A stretch of DNA of 64,000 nucleotides from Bacillota bacterium (GCA_023228885.1 JALOAJ010000014.1:973-64972); one strand, 5' to 3'; positions 9,251-20,865 are shown, counted from the stretch's first letter. Notes: generated by a model from the sequence alone, not told the origin. Made by a program: numbers and translations.

Positions 9251-10936
9251 TTAATTTTCCCTCCTTAACAGATGAATTTTTTGCAATAAGCGAGAAAACT
9301 GCTCGCCCCTGGGCATCATTTCAATATCTGCCTTTGTAACAGCGCCGGTTAAAAAAATAAATATTATATAAACGATGGCGCCTACCGCAATCACAGGCAA
9401 TACGGCAATCTTGTCGCCGATGCCTGCCCGCCCCATAACATTTAAAGAAAATGAAACCGCAACTGCCATGCACAACGCAGAAAAAAGCGGTTTAACAATA
9501 TAATCCAGCACCCCGAATTTAGCTTTTGTAAGCCTTATAATGTAAGCAATATTAAGCGCCGCAATTAAAAAATAGCATGCAAGCGTGCCTATCGGCGCGC
9601 CGTCGATGTTAATTGACGGAATTGAAATAAGATAATAGTTTAGCGCCGCCTTTACAACAACGCCTATTAACATATTAATTACCGGGATGTGCATTTTACC
9701 ATACGCCTGCAAAATTGCATTTGTTACCTGAACGAGCGACACAAAAACAATTGCTATCGATATGGTGCGCAGTAAATCTGCGGCAAGCGAATTACTAAAA
9801 ACAAGGTTTAAAACAGGGGCGGCAAGCACGCATAGCCCCACAGCGCACGGCAGGGAAAATAAAATTGTTATGCGTATTGCGCTTTTCGTTATCGTTTGCG
9901 CGCCTTTACTGTCACGGCGGGTTATTGCAGATGATATGGCAGGCAAAACGCTGGTTGAAAGCGCCACAATCATTGTGAGGGGCAAATTAAATAACAGCAC
10001 GGCGTACCCCGAGTATAAGCCGTAAAGTTTATTTGCAAGCTCTTCGTTTATTCTGCCGTCAAAAGAGCCACCTATTATGCTTTGATACTTAATAACGAAC
10101 TCCGGCGTTACCCGTGCAATTGTTTGCAGACGGTTCATAATCGTCATCACATCCACAATATTGGCAAGGCTTGCAACAGATGCGCCTATTGTTATCGGCA
10201 GCGATATTATCAAAAGTTGTTTTATAATGCTGCGAGCTCCCCGTACTTTTCCGCCGGCGCCTTTTTCAAATTTTCTTTTACTTGCTATAAAAACTATTGC
10301 AATAAATAAAAGACCCAAAAGTGTGCTGGCAGTAACCCCTAAAACTGCCCCTGCAGCCGCCTGTTCAATGCTGGATCTAATAAACAAAAGCGCAAGCGCC
10401 ATTCCTATAACTAATTTTCCAAGCGCCTCTATAACCTCTGAAAATGCGGTGGGATACATATTTTGCATACCTTGAAAATACCCCCGCAAAGCCGAAACAA
10501 GTGTTACAAACAACACCGAAGGCGCAATTGCCCTTATGCACATGCTCGCCCTTGTATTTCCAAACATTGAAGAAAAATTTTGTGCGTTAAAATATAGCAG
10601 CGCCGACCCTGCCGCACCCAATATGCCAAGCACAACAAACGAAACATAAAAAATTTTATCCGCTTCACGCCTTTTTTCCAATGCAGCGCTTTCTGAAACC
10701 ATTTTTGAAACAGCGATAGAAAAGCCTTTTGCCGCAAGCACAAAAAAAGTATAAAGGGTGTATGAAGTGTTAAAAAGCCCCATGCCATCTACTTTTATCA
10801 AAACGGCTAAAGGAATTTTAAATATTGCCCCCAATATTTTAACCAAAAAACTTGCAGCTACAAGCACCATTGCCCCGTACAAAAATGATTGTTTATTTTT
10901 ATATGCCAAGCATATTTCCCCCTTTTTTTCGCCCAT
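9251..10936 (-). CDS. MOP-superfamily polysaccharide/lipid II flippase (SpoVB/YabM/MurJ-like)
   Basis: 561 aa with about 14 TM segments and the RGYFQG motif typical of SpoVB/MurJ-like proteins. It occupies the yabM position in B. subtilis synteny. Confidence 0.78.
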   Translation of the reverse strand: MGEKKGEICLAYKNKQSFLYGAMVLVAASFLVKILGAIFKIPLAVLIKVDGMGLFNTSYTLYTFFVLAAKGFSIAVSKMVSESAALEKRREADKIFYVSFVVLGILGAAGSALLYFNAQNFSSMFGNTRASMCIRAIAPSVLFVTLVSALRGYFQGMQNMYPTAFSEVIEALGKLVIGMALALLFIRSSIEQAAAGAVLGVTASTLLGLLFIAIVFIASKRKFEKGAGGKVRGARSIIKQLLIISLPITIGASVASLANIVDVMTIMNRLQTIARVTPEFVIKYQSIIGGSFDGRINEELANKLYGLYSGYAVLLFNLPLTMIVALSTSVLPAISSAITRRDSKGAQTITKSAIRITILFSLPCAVGLCVLAAPVLNLVFSNSLAADLLRTISIAIVFVSLVQVTNAILQAYGKMHIPVINMLIGVVVKAALNYYLISIPSINIDGAPIGTLACYFLIAALNIAYIIRLTKAKFGVLDYIVKPLFSALCMAVAVSFSLNVMGRAGIGDKIAVLPVIAVGAIVYIIFIFLTGAVTKADIEMMPRGEQFSRLLQKIHLLRREN

Positions 10937-11170
10937 ATATATCCCAAGCCTACCATATTACCCCAGTTTGTTTGACATAATTCTGTAACATATTGCCCTT
11001 TGCGGTTGGGTATTCCACATTGTCAACAAAGTTATCAACAGGCAAGCCCCCATATTTGGTATGCTAAAATCTGTTTTTCAACAAAAGTAACAATGCGGTT
11101 TTGACGGCTTACATATAATTACATGTTAGTATTGCAAGTTTACATAACGCAAAAAAGTGTGGTCATACCA

Positions 11171-12190
11171 TTAAATTAAAGTCCCTATTTCCCGCGTGGC
11201 TACTGCGTTTAGGTCGTTTCCCGCATAACGCTTTAGCAAATGGTCATAAAACCCTCGTATGGCTGTCATAGCAGCGTTATCGGTGCAATGTAACGGTTTT
11301 GGACAGTAAAAATTCAAGCCTTCTGCCTTTGCGCCATCCTCAATCATTTGCCTTAACAACGAATTTGAAGCAACCCCGCCGGCAAGCGCAATATTTTTAA
11401 TGTCAAAATGCTGTGCACATTCGCACAACCGTTTAGACAACACCTCACAAACCGCATATTGAAAAGAAGCGGCAATGTCGGAAATCGGTATTTGCTCATT
11501 TTTTTGCCTATATTTATGCAATGTGTTTATAACCGCTGTTTTAACGCCGCTAAAGCTAAAATCAAACGAATCGTTAAATGTAACCTGCGGGAACTTAAAA
11601 GCGGCGCTGTCCCCCTTTTTCGCCGCCTGCTCTATGGCAGGACCGCCGGGATAACCAAGGTCAAGCGCTTTTGCGATTTTATCAAACGCCTCACCCGGTG
11701 CGTCATCTCTTGTGCGTGCAAGAGCTGTATATTCGGTATAGCTTTTGGCAAGCGCTATTGTGCAATGACCGCCTGATGCAACAAGGCATATAAAAGGTGG
11801 CTTTAACCGGGGCGATTCAATGTAATTTGCCGCAATATGCGCCTCTATGTGATGAACCGCAACAAGCGGCTTTTTTAATGCGTATGCCAATGATTTCGCA
11901 TAATTAACGCCCACCAGCAATGCGCCGACCAACCCGGGCGCGTAAGTAACCGCAACGGCATCAATATCCTTTAGGCTGACCCCGGCTTTGTCAACCGCCT
12001 GTTCTACAACTTGGGAAATGCATTCTATATGCTTGCGTGACGCTATTTCGGGCACCACGCCGCCATAAACCTTATGAATGTCTATTTGTGATGCTATAAT
12101 GTTCGATTTTACATTAAAAGTCCCATCATAGCACATAACAGAGGCTGCCGTTTCATCACAGGACGACTCTACTGCAAGTATATGCTGCAT
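11171..12190 (-). CDS. tsaD: tRNA N6-adenosine threonylcarbamoyltransferase TsaD
   Basis: ILAVESSCDETAASV, HH.EAHI and GGV.SN motifs of the Kae1/TsaD family. 339 aa. Confidence 0.95.
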   Translation of the reverse strand: MQHILAVESSCDETAASVMCYDGTFNVKSNIIASQIDIHKVYGGVVPEIASRKHIECISQVVEQAVDKAGVSLKDIDAVAVTYAPGLVGALLVGVNYAKSLAYALKKPLVAVHHIEAHIAANYIESPRLKPPFICLVASGGHCTIALAKSYTEYTALARTRDDAPGEAFDKIAKALDLGYPGGPAIEQAAKKGDSAAFKFPQVTFNDSFDFSFSGVKTAVINTLHKYRQKNEQIPISDIAASFQYAVCEVLSKRLCECAQHFDIKNIALAGGVASNSLLRQMIEDGAKAEGLNFYCPKPLHCTDNAAMTAIRGFYDHLLKRYAGNDLNAVATREIGTLI

Positions 12191-12278
12191 ATTTTGCCTT
12201 CATTCCTTCCTTGCATAAATCCGCATCAGATGCAGTTATGCCGCCGATGGCAAGCATTCCAACCTGTGCGGATTTAAT

Positions 12279-12719
12279 CTATTTTATCGTTAAATTCATC
12301 AAAAGAGCATCTTCGTTTCCGTAATAATAATTTTTCCTGCTACCGACGGCAAAAAAGCCCATGCTATGGTATAAACTTATTGCAGCCGTATTCGACACCC
12401 TCACCTCTAACATCAAAACATCAAGGTCAAGCGTTTCTGCTTTTTTTAATAATTTTTGCAGCAACAACCTGCCTAACCCGTTTCGCCTATACTGGGGGGA
12501 AACCGCAATATTTGTAATATGCCCTTCCCCTGCTACCGCCCACATTCCGCCGTAGCCGATAACTTTATCTTCTTTTAATGCAACAAAGTAATGTGCAAAG
12601 GGGTTTCTTAATTCCCTTTCAAACATATTTAAGCTCCACGGCCGGTCAAAACACTCAATTTCCAATTTTGCCAGCTTTTCCAAATGCTTTGCCCTAAACG
12701 GTGTTATCATCATTTGCAA
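12279..12719 (-). CDS. rimI: Ribosomal-protein-alanine N-acetyltransferase RimI (GNAT)
   Basis: GNAT core (VSPQYRRNGLGRLLL), 146 aa, immediately upstream of tsaD as in many bacteria. Confidence 0.82.
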   Translation of the reverse strand: MQMMITPFRAKHLEKLAKLEIECFDRPWSLNMFERELRNPFAHYFVALKEDKVIGYGGMWAVAGEGHITNIAVSPQYRRNGLGRLLLQKLLKKAETLDLDVLMLEVRVSNTAAISLYHSMGFFAVGSRKNYYYGNEDALLMNLTIK

Positions 12720-13137
12720 TTTTCTCCGCTATCTTTTCAATCAAGGCTTCCATTTGCTCTGCACAGCGGCGATAGCTTTCGATGTCCCCGCCGAAAGGGT
12801 CGGAAACTTCCCCGCCGCTGCCCGCATACTCTCCCAGCGTGTAGCAATTTTCGCTGTTTATAGCATCCTTGTGTTGCAATGTCATGCAAAGGATTAAATC
12901 GCTGCCTGAAATAAGCTCTTTTGTCAGCTGTCGGGCAAAGTGTTTTGATAAATCAACGCCCTTTTCTTGCGCTGCCAAAATAGCATTTTCGCTTGCCCCG
13001 CTGCCTTGCAATGCAAAAATGCCCGCTGATGATACGTTATGTTCTGACGCAATATATCGGTGTAACGCCTTTTTCAAAAGCCCCTCCGCTATCGGGCTTC
13101 TGCATGTGTTTCCTGTGCATACAACCAAAATTTTCAT
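12694..13137 (-). CDS. Low-molecular-weight protein phosphatase (YwlE-like arginine/tyrosine phosphatase)
   Basis: CTGNTCRSP P-loop near the N-terminus and a DP motif near the C-terminus. 147 aa. Confidence 0.85.
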   Translation of the reverse strand: MKILVVCTGNTCRSPIAEGLLKKALHRYIASEHNVSSAGIFALQGSGASENAILAAQEKGVDLSKHFARQLTKELISGSDLILCMTLQHKDAINSENCYTLGEYAGSGGEVSDPFGGDIESYRRCAEQMEALIEKIAEKIANDDNTV

Positions 13138-13170
13138 TTACTATCAGCCCTCATTTTGATAAATACATTT

Positions 13171-13214
13171 GGGGTGCTATCCTTTGGGATGCTATCCCCG
13201 TGGGATGCTATCCC
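13171..13214. repeat. Three tandem copies (15-16 nt period) of a small palindrome GGGATGCTATCCC
   Basis: Plus strand reads GGGGTGCTATCC ttt GGGATGCTATCCCC gt GGGATGCTATCCC. Each unit is GGGAT-nnn-ATCCC. The third copy overlaps the sua5 stop codon (13208-13210), and the array fills the sua5-phosphatase spacer. Confidence 0.8.
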
Positions 13215-14203
13215 TGCACAATGTGATTATCGGCAGCCTTGTATAAGCGATTTCGCAACGCAACGCCCAAGCCCTCGCCTTCTATATCCTGTGCAAAAAT
13301 AATATCGACCTTTTCGTTATCCAAATAACGAATATGAGAAAAAAGGTTTGCCGCGTGCTCCGATGGGCTTTGGCCCAAATTTTTAACTATGCAGTTTTTT
13401 GGAAATTGCACCGTTTCATATGTTATAACGCCCGGCTTTTTATATCGCTCCGCATGCTGTTCGACATACCTTTGAAACTGCCCTTTAACAATAATAACAG
13501 GCGAATTGGGCGCATAATGCTTATACTTGACACCGGGCGAGCGCGGAACCGTACCCGGTATAAATTCAAACCGATGGCGCACATCCCCAATCGCTTCGCA
13601 AAGCTGCTCAGCCGTTATCCCGCCCGGGCGAAGCAAAACAGGCACATCACCCGTTAAATCAATTACCGTTGATTCCAAGCCGACATCGCAAGCGCCGCCA
13701 TCTAAAACAGCGTCAATTTTGCCGCTTAAATCATCCATAACATGGCTTGCAAGGGTTGGGCTTGGTCTGCCGGAAGCATTCGCGCTCGGCGCCGCTATCG
13801 GAATGCCGCACCCTTTTAAAAGCCTTAGCGCAACATCATTTTTTGGCATACGAATACCCACGCTATCCAACCCCGCAGTCGCAGCATCGGGAATTTGGGG
13901 GTTCTTTTTCAAAACTATCGTAAGCGGACCCGGCCAAAACAAATCAATAAGCCTGCGTGCGGTTTCGGGAACAGTTTGCACTAAGTTCGGCAAAATGTCA
14001 AGAGAAGCAATATGAACGATAAAAGGGTTGTCGATTGGACGCCCTTTTGCCGTAAAAATTTTTTCAACCGCTTTTTTATCCATCGCATTTGCCCCAAGCC
14101 CATAAACCGTTTCGGTTGGGAATGCAACAAGTTTTCCGCTTTTTAATAATTCGGCGGCATACGATATATCGTCATCGGTAGCAGTAAGCAGTATAGTATT
14201 CAA
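13208..14203 (-). CDS. sua5: L-threonylcarbamoyladenylate synthase, long Sua5/YwlC form
   Basis: YrdC domain (FPTETVYGLGANA, GPLT, SAN.SG.PSPT) plus a C-terminal Sua5 domain. 331 aa. Confidence 0.9.
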   Translation of the reverse strand: MNTILLTATDDDISYAAELLKSGKLVAFPTETVYGLGANAMDKKAVEKIFTAKGRPIDNPFIVHIASLDILPNLVQTVPETARRLIDLFWPGPLTIVLKKNPQIPDAATAGLDSVGIRMPKNDVALRLLKGCGIPIAAPSANASGRPSPTLASHVMDDLSGKIDAVLDGGACDVGLESTVIDLTGDVPVLLRPGGITAEQLCEAIGDVRHRFEFIPGTVPRSPGVKYKHYAPNSPVIIVKGQFQRYVEQHAERYKKPGVITYETVQFPKNCIVKNLGQSPSEHAANLFSHIRYLDNEKVDIIFAQDIEGEGLGVALRNRLYKAADNHIVQG

Positions 14204-14233
14204 ATCCCGTTGTTTTTCCTTTCGTTTTTATAT

Positions 14234-15301
14234 TTATGAATTATTTTTTAATTTTTCCGCTTGATAATGGGTTATCAAGGCGTTTATCAATTCGTCCATC
14301 TCTCCGTTTAACACCGCATCAAGCTTATGCAATGTCAAGCCGATTCTATGGTCGCTCACCCTGCCTTGCGGATAATTATACGTACGTATTCGCTCACTTC
14401 TGTCACCTGTTCCCACTTGGCTTTTGCGTTGTTTTGCAATTTCAGCGTTTTGCTGTTCTTGCAAAACATCATACAGCCGTGAACGCAAAATTTTCATTGC
14501 TTTTTCCTTATTTTTATGCTGTGATTTTTCATCTTGACACGAAACAACAAGCCCGGTCGGTATGTGCGTTATCCGCACCGCGGAATCTGTTGTGTTCACA
14601 TACTGCCCGCCCGGACCGCCCGCGCGAAAAACATCAATTCTAAGGTCGTTTGCGCCAATATCAATTTCAACCTCCTCCACCTCCGGAAGAACCGCAACAG
14701 TTACGGTAGAAGTGTGAATTCTCCCGCCGCTTTCGGTGGACGGAATGCGCTGAACGCGATGCACGCCGCTCTCATATTTTAGCCTGCTGTATGCGCCCTT
14801 TCCGTTTATTCCGAATGATATTTCTTTTATCCCGCCCAACTCGGTGGCGTTTAAATTAAGCATTTCAACGCCCCAATGCCTTGTTTCGGCGTACATTGAA
14901 TACATTCTGAACAAATCGCCCGCAAAAAGAGCCGCCTCATCGCCGCCCGCGCCGCCGCGTATTTCTACAATTACGCTCTTTTCATCGTTTGGGTCTTTCG
15001 GTAAAAGTAAAACCCTAAGCTGTTCTTGGTGCTGCTCTAATTTTTCCCTGCCCTCGTCATATTCCGATTGCACAAGCTCTCTAAATTCCTTATCCAATGT
15101 TTCATCAAGCATTTGTTTTGCCTCGTCAACCCTTTGCTGCTGCTCTTTGTATAGCTTATACTGCTCAACAATAGGCAAAATATCGGATTGTTCCTTGCAT
15201 AAGGTGCGAAATTTCTGCTGGTCGGCAATAACGGCAGGGTCGCTTATCTCGCTGCAAAGCTTATTATAGCGTTCTTCCAAAAAAGATAATTTATCAAACA
15301 A
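14234..15301 (-). CDS. prfA: Peptide chain release factor 1
   Basis: PTE tripeptide context ([14 protein letters not shown]) and GGQ motif ([17 protein letters not shown]). 355 aa. Confidence 0.96.
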   Translation of the reverse strand: MFDKLSFLEERYNKLCSEISDPAVIADQQKFRTLCKEQSDILPIVEQYKLYKEQQQRVDEAKQMLDETLDKEFRELVQSEYDEGREKLEQHQEQLRVLLLPKDPNDEKSVIVEIRGGAGGDEAALFAGDLFRMYSMYAETRHWGVEMLNLNATELGGIKEISFGINGKGAYSRLKYESGVHRVQRIPSTESGGRIHTSTVTVAVLPEVEEVEIDIGANDLRIDVFRAGGPGGQYVNTTDSAVRITHIPTGLVVSCQDEKSQHKNKEKAMKILRSRLYDVLQEQQNAEIAKQRKSQVGTGDRSERIRTYNYPQGRVSDHRIGLTLHKLDAVLNGEMDELINALITHYQAEKLKNNS

Positions 15302-15354
15302 AATGACCGGCCTCCCTCTTTCGTCTGTGCTTTTTTAAAATGCTGCGCAATCGA

Positions 15355-16483
15355 CTATTTAGCACCTTCTTTTATTTGCCCTAAAGCCGCCGCCTTGAGA
15401 TACGCATTTATAAACCCGTCAATTTCGCCGTCCATAACGGCGGTTATGTTGCCCGTTTCAAAGCCTGTACGATGGTCCTTAACCATGTTGTACGGGTGAA
15501 ACACATATGAACGGATTTGACTGCCCCACGCTATGTCCTTTTGAACGCCCTTTAAATCTTCAATTTTTTCTTTATGCTGTTGCTCCGCAAGCTGTATAAG
15601 CTTTGATTTTAGCATCTTCATTGCCGTTTCTCTGTTTTTGTGCTGTGAGCGTTCATTTTGACATGAAACCACAATCCCAGTGGGCAAATGAGTTATTCGT
15701 ATGGCGCTGTCCGTTTTGTTTACATGCTGCCCGCCCGCGCCGCTTGCGCGGTATGTGTCTACCCTTAAGTCATCGGGATTTATACTCACTTCAATATCAT
15801 CGTCTATTTCCGGCATTGTATCGATTGACGCAAAAGACGTGTGCCGTCTGCCGGACGAATCAAACGGCGAAATTCTGACAAGGCGGTGTATTCCCCTTTC
15901 AGCCCTTGTGTAGCCGTATGCGTTTAGCCCTTTAATCAGCAGGGTTGCGCTTTTAATCCCCGCTTCTTCCCCGTCAAGCAAATCAAGCATTTCAACGGAA
16001 AAGCCGCTGCGCTCCGACCAATGCGTATACATTCTAAGCAGCATTTGCGCCCAATCCTGCGATTCTGTGCCGCCTGCCCCCGAATGTATTGTAACGATAG
16101 CGTTATTTTTGTCATATGTGCCTGAAAGCAGCGTTTCAAGGCGCGTTTTTTCAAGCAACGCCGTCAGCTCGCCATGCCCTTGCGCAACCTCGGCCAAAAC
16201 CGAGGTATCCTCCATCTCTATCCCCAAGTGAACCAATGTGTGCAAGTCGTCAAAGCTTCGCTGCAAGCCGTCAAAGCGTTCTTTTTTATCGCCAAGCTGC
16301 TTTATTTTTTGCATAACCTTTTGCGCATTCTCCATGTCCGAATAAAAATCCGCTTCCGTTGACTGCTTGTCAAGCCGCTTTATTTCAGCCATAACACCTG
16401 CGATGTCAAAGTGAATCCCTCAATTCATATATTTCTTTTTGAATTCCGTCAAGCGAAAGACGGTACTGCTCAAATTCCAACAT
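15355..16483 (-). CDS. prfB: Peptide chain release factor 2, expressed through a programmed +1 frameshift
   Basis: Frame 0 starts at ATG 16483 (RBS AGGGGTGA) and encodes 25 codons, MLEFEQYRLSLDGIQKEIYELRDSL, then reaches TGA. The +1 frame continues DIAGVMAEIKRL... and carries the SPF-type motif (RISPFDSSGRRHTSFA) and GGQ (GAGGQHVN). Confidence 0.92.
16405..16411 (-). promoter_or_regulatory. prfB autoregulatory +1 frameshift site CTT TGA C
   Basis: Minus strand reads TTGAGGGATTCA CTT TGA C. This is the canonical slippery CUU-UGA-C with an upstream SD-like AGGGA. Confidence 0.85.
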
Positions 16484-16501
16484 ATTTTCACCCCTATTTT
16501 G

Positions 16502-19222
16502 TTACTGTCCGCAACATTTTTTATATTTTTTACCGCTGCCGCATGGGCATGGGTCATTTCTTCCAACCTTTTTGGCTTTTGTTACAGGCTTTCTTTTAAC
16601 TTCTTCTTTGCCGTGCGATGCAGTGATAGGCTGTGCAACCTGCTCTCGCCTTATTTCTTTATTAATGCGAGCGTGGAATGCATGCTTTATGGTGTCTTCC
16701 TTAATTGAGGCTATCATTTCATCAAACATATCCATGCCCTCGAATTTATACTCAATAACAGGGTCATGCTGCGCGTACGCCCTAAGCCCGATTCCTGTAC
16801 GGAGTTGGTCCATTGCATCGATATGGTCCATCCATTTGCTGTCAACCACTTGCAGCAGGATAACCCGCTCCAACTCGCGCATTGACTCCTCGCCAAACTC
16901 CTGTTCCTTTTTTTCATACAAGCTATGAGCAGAATCGGTAACAAGCCGCAATAATTCTTCAGAATCCGTTTCTTTTCGTTTTTGCTCATCCATGGGCATC
17001 GCAATCCCAAAATGCTCAAGCATTAAAAGTTCAAATGTTTCCCATGAATATTCCTCCGGGTGACGGCTATCCCCCACCGTGCTGTTTACAACCTTTTGGG
17101 CAACGCTATCAACCATAGACAATATATAGCTTTTTAAATTTTCGCCTTCCAAAACCATACTTCGCTGTGCATAAATCAGCTCGCGCTGTTGGTTCATAAC
17201 ATCGTCATACTGCAAAACATGTTTTCTGATGTCGAAGTTTCTGCCCTCTACCCTTTTTTGCGCGCTTTCAATTGCATTTGAAAGCATTTTATGTTCAATT
17301 GGCTGGTCTTCTTCCAACCCAAGGGCTTCAACAATATTGGTTAGCCGCTCCGAGCCGAAAAGACGCATTAAATCATCTTCAAGTGAGATAAAAAACTTTG
17401 ATGCGCCAATATCCCCTTGCCTTCCGCTTCGACCTCTAAGCTGGTTATCAATTCGTCTGCTTTCATGTCGCTCCGTTCCTAAAATAAACAGCCCGCCCGC
17501 CGCAATAACATCTTGATGCTCCAAATCAACAGCCGGCTTAAATTTTTCGTATAACTCGCTAAACACCTTTCGGGCATTTAATATATCCTCGTTATCCGTA
17601 TCGGCATGGCTTGTTGCCTCGTTAATCAAAAACGACTCAAACCCTTGCCTTGCCATTTCATGCTTCGCCATAAATTCCGCATTGCCGCCCAATGTAATGT
17701 CCGTGCCTCGTCCTGCCATGTTTGTTGCGATGGTGACTGCACCCTTTTTACCCGCCTGCGCAACTATTTCGGCTTCCTTTTCGTGAAACTTTGCGTTTAA
17801 AACCTCATGAGCAATCCCGTTTCTTTTGAGCGCCGCCGATAATTCTTCCGATTTTTCTATTGTTATTGTACCCACAAGCACCGGTTGCCCAACGCTGTGG
17901 CATTTTTTAATTTGTTCTATTATTGCGTCTTGCTTGCCCTTTTCGTTTTTATATACCGAATCGGGAAAATCCATACGAATAAGCGGCTTGTTTGTGGGGA
18001 TTTCAACAACATCAAGCTTGTAAATTTCTTGAAACTCCTCCTGCTCGGTAAGCGCAGTTCCGGTCATGCCGGAAAGTTTTTTATAAAGCCTGAAATAGTT
18101 TTGAAAAGTTATCGTTGCAAGCGTTTTACTTTCTCGCTCAACCTTAACCTTTTCTTTTGCTTCAATCGCCTGATGCAACCCTTCGCTGTATCGTCTGCCC
18201 AGCATAAGCCGCCCGGTAAACTCGTCAACTATTATTACTTCTCCGTTTTTAACAACATAATCTTTATCGCGGTGCATGATGCCGCGGGCACGAATTGCTT
18301 GGTTGATATGGTGCGAAATAGTTAGGTTTTCAGGGTCGGAAAGATTTTCTATACCAAAAAAGGTTTCCGCCTTTTTAATGCCCCGCTCGGATAGTGTGGC
18401 GGTTTTTGCCTTTTCATCGATTATATAATCAGCCTCTACATTTTCTTCAAGCTGTTTATCGTCACTTTCTTTAATTTTAATAAACTGTAAACCCCGTGCA
18501 AATTTATCGGCTGTTTCATACAGCAGAGTTGATTTATCACCCGCACCGGAAATTATAAGCGGGGTGCGCGCCTCGTCAACCAAAATGCTGTCTACCTCGT
18601 CAACGATAGAAAAATAATGCTCTCGCTGCACTTTTTGTTCTTTATAAATTACCATGTTGTCGCGCAAATAGTCAAACCCAAATTCATTATTTGTGCCGTA
18701 AGTAATGTCTGCGGCGTATGCCTGCCTGCGCTCGTCATTTGTAAGCCCGTGAACAATAACCCCCACCGACAGTCCAAGAAAACTATAAATTTTTCCCATC
18801 CACTCGCTGTCACGCTTTGCAAGGTAGTCATTTACCGTAATAATATGCACGCCCCTTCCTTCAAGCGCAACAAGATATGCCGGAAGTGTGGCAACAAGCG
18901 TTTTTCCTTCACCCGTTTTCATTTCGGCAATTCTGCCTTGATAAAGCACTATGCCGCCCACCAACTGAACATCAAAGTGGCGCATACCCAAAACGCGCCA
19001 TGATGCCTCACGCACAACGGCAAACGCTTCAGGCAAAATATCATCCGTTGTTTCACCTTTTGCAAGACGCTCTTTAAAGTGTGCCGTTTTGGCTTTTAAT
19101 TCGGCGTCCGATAACCCCTTTATTGCGTCCTCCAGCTCTGATATCTGCTCTGCAATAGGCATTATTCTTTTTAATTCCCTGGAACTGTGTGTTCCAAAAA
19201 CCTTTTCAAAAATTCTTTTCAA
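16502..19222 (-). CDS. secA: Preprotein translocase ATPase SecA
   Basis: 906 aa with Walker A (MKTGEGKT), DEAD-like DEVDS, and a C-terminal zinc finger [14 protein letters not shown]. Confidence 0.97.
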   Translation of the reverse strand: MKRIFEKVFGTHSSRELKRIMPIAEQISELEDAIKGLSDAELKAKTAHFKERLAKGETTDDILPEAFAVVREASWRVLGMRHFDVQLVGGIVLYQGRIAEMKTGEGKTLVATLPAYLVALEGRGVHIITVNDYLAKRDSEWMGKIYSFLGLSVGVIVHGLTNDERRQAYAADITYGTNNEFGFDYLRDNMVIYKEQKVQREHYFSIVDEVDSILVDEARTPLIISGAGDKSTLLYETADKFARGLQFIKIKESDDKQLEENVEADYIIDEKAKTATLSERGIKKAETFFGIENLSDPENLTISHHINQAIRARGIMHRDKDYVVKNGEVIIVDEFTGRLMLGRRYSEGLHQAIEAKEKVKVERESKTLATITFQNYFRLYKKLSGMTGTALTEQEEFQEIYKLDVVEIPTNKPLIRMDFPDSVYKNEKGKQDAIIEQIKKCHSVGQPVLVGTITIEKSEELSAALKRNGIAHEVLNAKFHEKEAEIVAQAGKKGAVTIATNMAGRGTDITLGGNAEFMAKHEMARQGFESFLINEATSHADTDNEDILNARKVFSELYEKFKPAVDLEHQDVIAAGGLFILGTERHESRRIDNQLRGRSGRQGDIGASKFFISLEDDLMRLFGSERLTNIVEALGLEEDQPIEHKMLSNAIESAQKRVEGRNFDIRKHVLQYDDVMNQQRELIYAQRSMVLEGENLKSYILSMVDSVAQKVVNSTVGDSRHPEEYSWETFELLMLEHFGIAMPMDEQKRKETDSEELLRLVTDSAHSLYEKKEQEFGEESMRELERVILLQVVDSKWMDHIDAMDQLRTGIGLRAYAQHDPVIEYKFEGMDMFDEMIASIKEDTIKHAFHARINKEIRREQVAQPITASHGKEEVKRKPVTKAKKVGRNDPCPCGSGKKYKKCCGQ

Positions 19223-19276
19223 AAAATTTCACCCCGTTCGTTTTCCATTAACGCTTTTAGATGTACAAAAGCCGCA

Positions 19277-19909
19277 TTATTCAATATCCTTTATCTTATA
19301 AGAAAGCATCATAAGCGAGTCGCTGATGTGGACATTTTCAACCTCAACACCGTTTAAAGTGCTTATATCCGTGTAGGAAAAATTTAAAATGCCTTTTATT
19401 TTGCATTTTGAAAGAAGGGCTGTAATTTCGCCCACCGCTTCCTTCGGAACAGCTATAACGGCAATTTCCGGCTCGTTTTTTTTGATAAATTCCTCAACCG
19501 TGCATATGTCCAAAACCTCATGCCTACCTATAAAAGTGCCTATTTTACTTTTGCTGTTATCAAAAATGCCGATAAGTTTAAAACCCCTTTTTTCAAAAGA
19601 CTTGTAAAGGGCAAGCGCTTTACCTAAATTCCCCGCACCCACAATAATTGTTTTGTGTCCGTGGTTTAACCCAAGAATTTCTCCGATGGAGTTGTAAAGG
19701 CTTTCAACGTTATATCCATAACCCTGCTGTCCGAAACCGCCGAAACAGTTAAGGTCTTGCCGTATTTGCGATGCGGTCACATCCATTTTTTCACTAAGCT
19801 CTTTAGATGATATCCTTGTTATGTTGCTTTTGCCAAGTTCACCCAAATACCTGTAATATCGCGGCAATCTTTTAATAACCTCAAGCGATATTTTTTTTGT
19901 ATCACCCAT
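19277..19909 (-). CDS. rex: Redox-sensing transcriptional repressor Rex
   Basis: RLPRYYRYL, SS.ELS....VTASQIRQDL..FG.FGQQGYGY and a Rossmann motif (IVGAGNLG). Confidence 0.92.
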   Translation of the reverse strand: MGDTKKISLEVIKRLPRYYRYLGELGKSNITRISSKELSEKMDVTASQIRQDLNCFGGFGQQGYGYNVESLYNSIGEILGLNHGHKTIIVGAGNLGKALALYKSFEKRGFKLIGIFDNSKSKIGTFIGRHEVLDICTVEEFIKKNEPEIAVIAVPKEAVGEITALLSKCKIKGILNFSYTDISTLNGVEVENVHISDSLMMLSYKIKDIE

Positions 19910-19947
19910 TTTACAATCATCCTTTCTTGGGGTATCTTGCGGCGCAA

Positions 19948-20865
19948 TTATTTAATGTTTCGCAAATCATAAGGAGTTGCTTGATAAACATGGTAGTTCA
20001 ACCAATTAGAGAACAATAAATTTGCATGAGCGCGCCAAATATCTTTCGGACGCCGCTTTGGGTCGTTTTGCGGAAAATAATTTTTCGGCATAGCGGTATT
20101 CATGCCTTTATCCAAGTCTCTATAATATTCCTGGCTTAGCGTAACATCATCATACTCGCAATGCCCCATAATAAAAATGCGTTTGCCGCCTTTTGATGTA
20201 ACGAGATAAACACCCGCTTCATCAGATACCGACAGCACCTCAAGTTCAGGCACAGCGCGCACCTCGTCTTCCAAAACCTCGGTGTAACGCGAATGCGGCG
20301 CATAAAAAACATCATCAAACCCGCGCATAAGCATTTTCGTTTTGCGTTTTGGCTTATGCTCAAAAACACCGAAAAGCTTTTGCCCAAGCGGATACTTTTT
20401 TATGCCGTAATGATGATAAAGCGCCGCTTGAGCTCCCCAGCAGATATGCAATGTTGATGTTACATTGCTCGTTGTCCAATCCATTATCTCGGTCAGCTCT
20501 TGCCAATAATCAACCCTTTCAAACTCCATTGTTTCAACCGGCGCGCCTGTTATTATCATTCCGTCAAATTTTTGCTCTTTAATGTCGTCAAAATCCTTAT
20601 AAAAAGCCAACAAATGCTCCTTTGGCGTGTTTTTGCTTTCATAGCTTTTGGTTTTCACCAGTTCAATATCCACCTGAAGCGGTGAGTTCCCCAAAAGACG
20701 CAGTAATTGGGTTTCGGTTGTAATTTTAGTGGGCATTAAATTTAGTATTGCGATTTTAAGCGGACGGATATCTTGCGTCATCGCCCTTTTTTCCGTCATT
20801 ACAAATATATTTTCATTTTCAAGTGTTTTCCTTGCCGGAAGCTGATTTGTTATTTTAATAGGCAT
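19948..20865 (-). CDS. metA: Homoserine O-acyltransferase MetA (acetyl/succinyl)
   Basis: MPIKI...[22 protein letters not shown] and the HxCWGAQA catalytic Cys context. 305 aa. Confidence 0.9.
   Translation of the reverse strand: MPIKITNQLPARKTLENENIFVMTEKRAMTQDIRPLKIAILNLMPTKITTETQLLRLLGNSPLQVDIELVKTKSYESKNTPKEHLLAFYKDFDDIKEQKFDGMIITGAPVETMEFERVDYWQELTEIMDWTTSNVTSTLHICWGAQAALYHHYGIKKYPLGQKLFGVFEHKPKRKTKMLMRGFDDVFYAPHSRYTEVLEDEVRAVPELEVLSVSDEAGVYLVTSKGGKRIFIMGHCEYDDVTLSQEYYRDLDKGMNTAMPKNYFPQNDPKRRPKDIWRAHANLLFSNWLNYHVYQATPYDLRNIK

Noticed and set aside
10937-11170. DnaA-box-like words (TTATCAACA, TTCCACA) in the 234-nt spacer between tsaD and the spoVB-like gene
   Set aside because: There are only two imperfect boxes, no AT-rich unwinding element and no dnaA/dnaN context. 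The spacer is most likely an ordinary promoter region.
12217-12275. 9-bp inverted repeat AAATCCGCA...TGCGGATTT with a 41-nt loop between rimI and tsaD
   Set aside because: It has a long loop and no U-run, and I recognise no motif. It could be a processing or attenuation structure, but the evidence is too thin to call.
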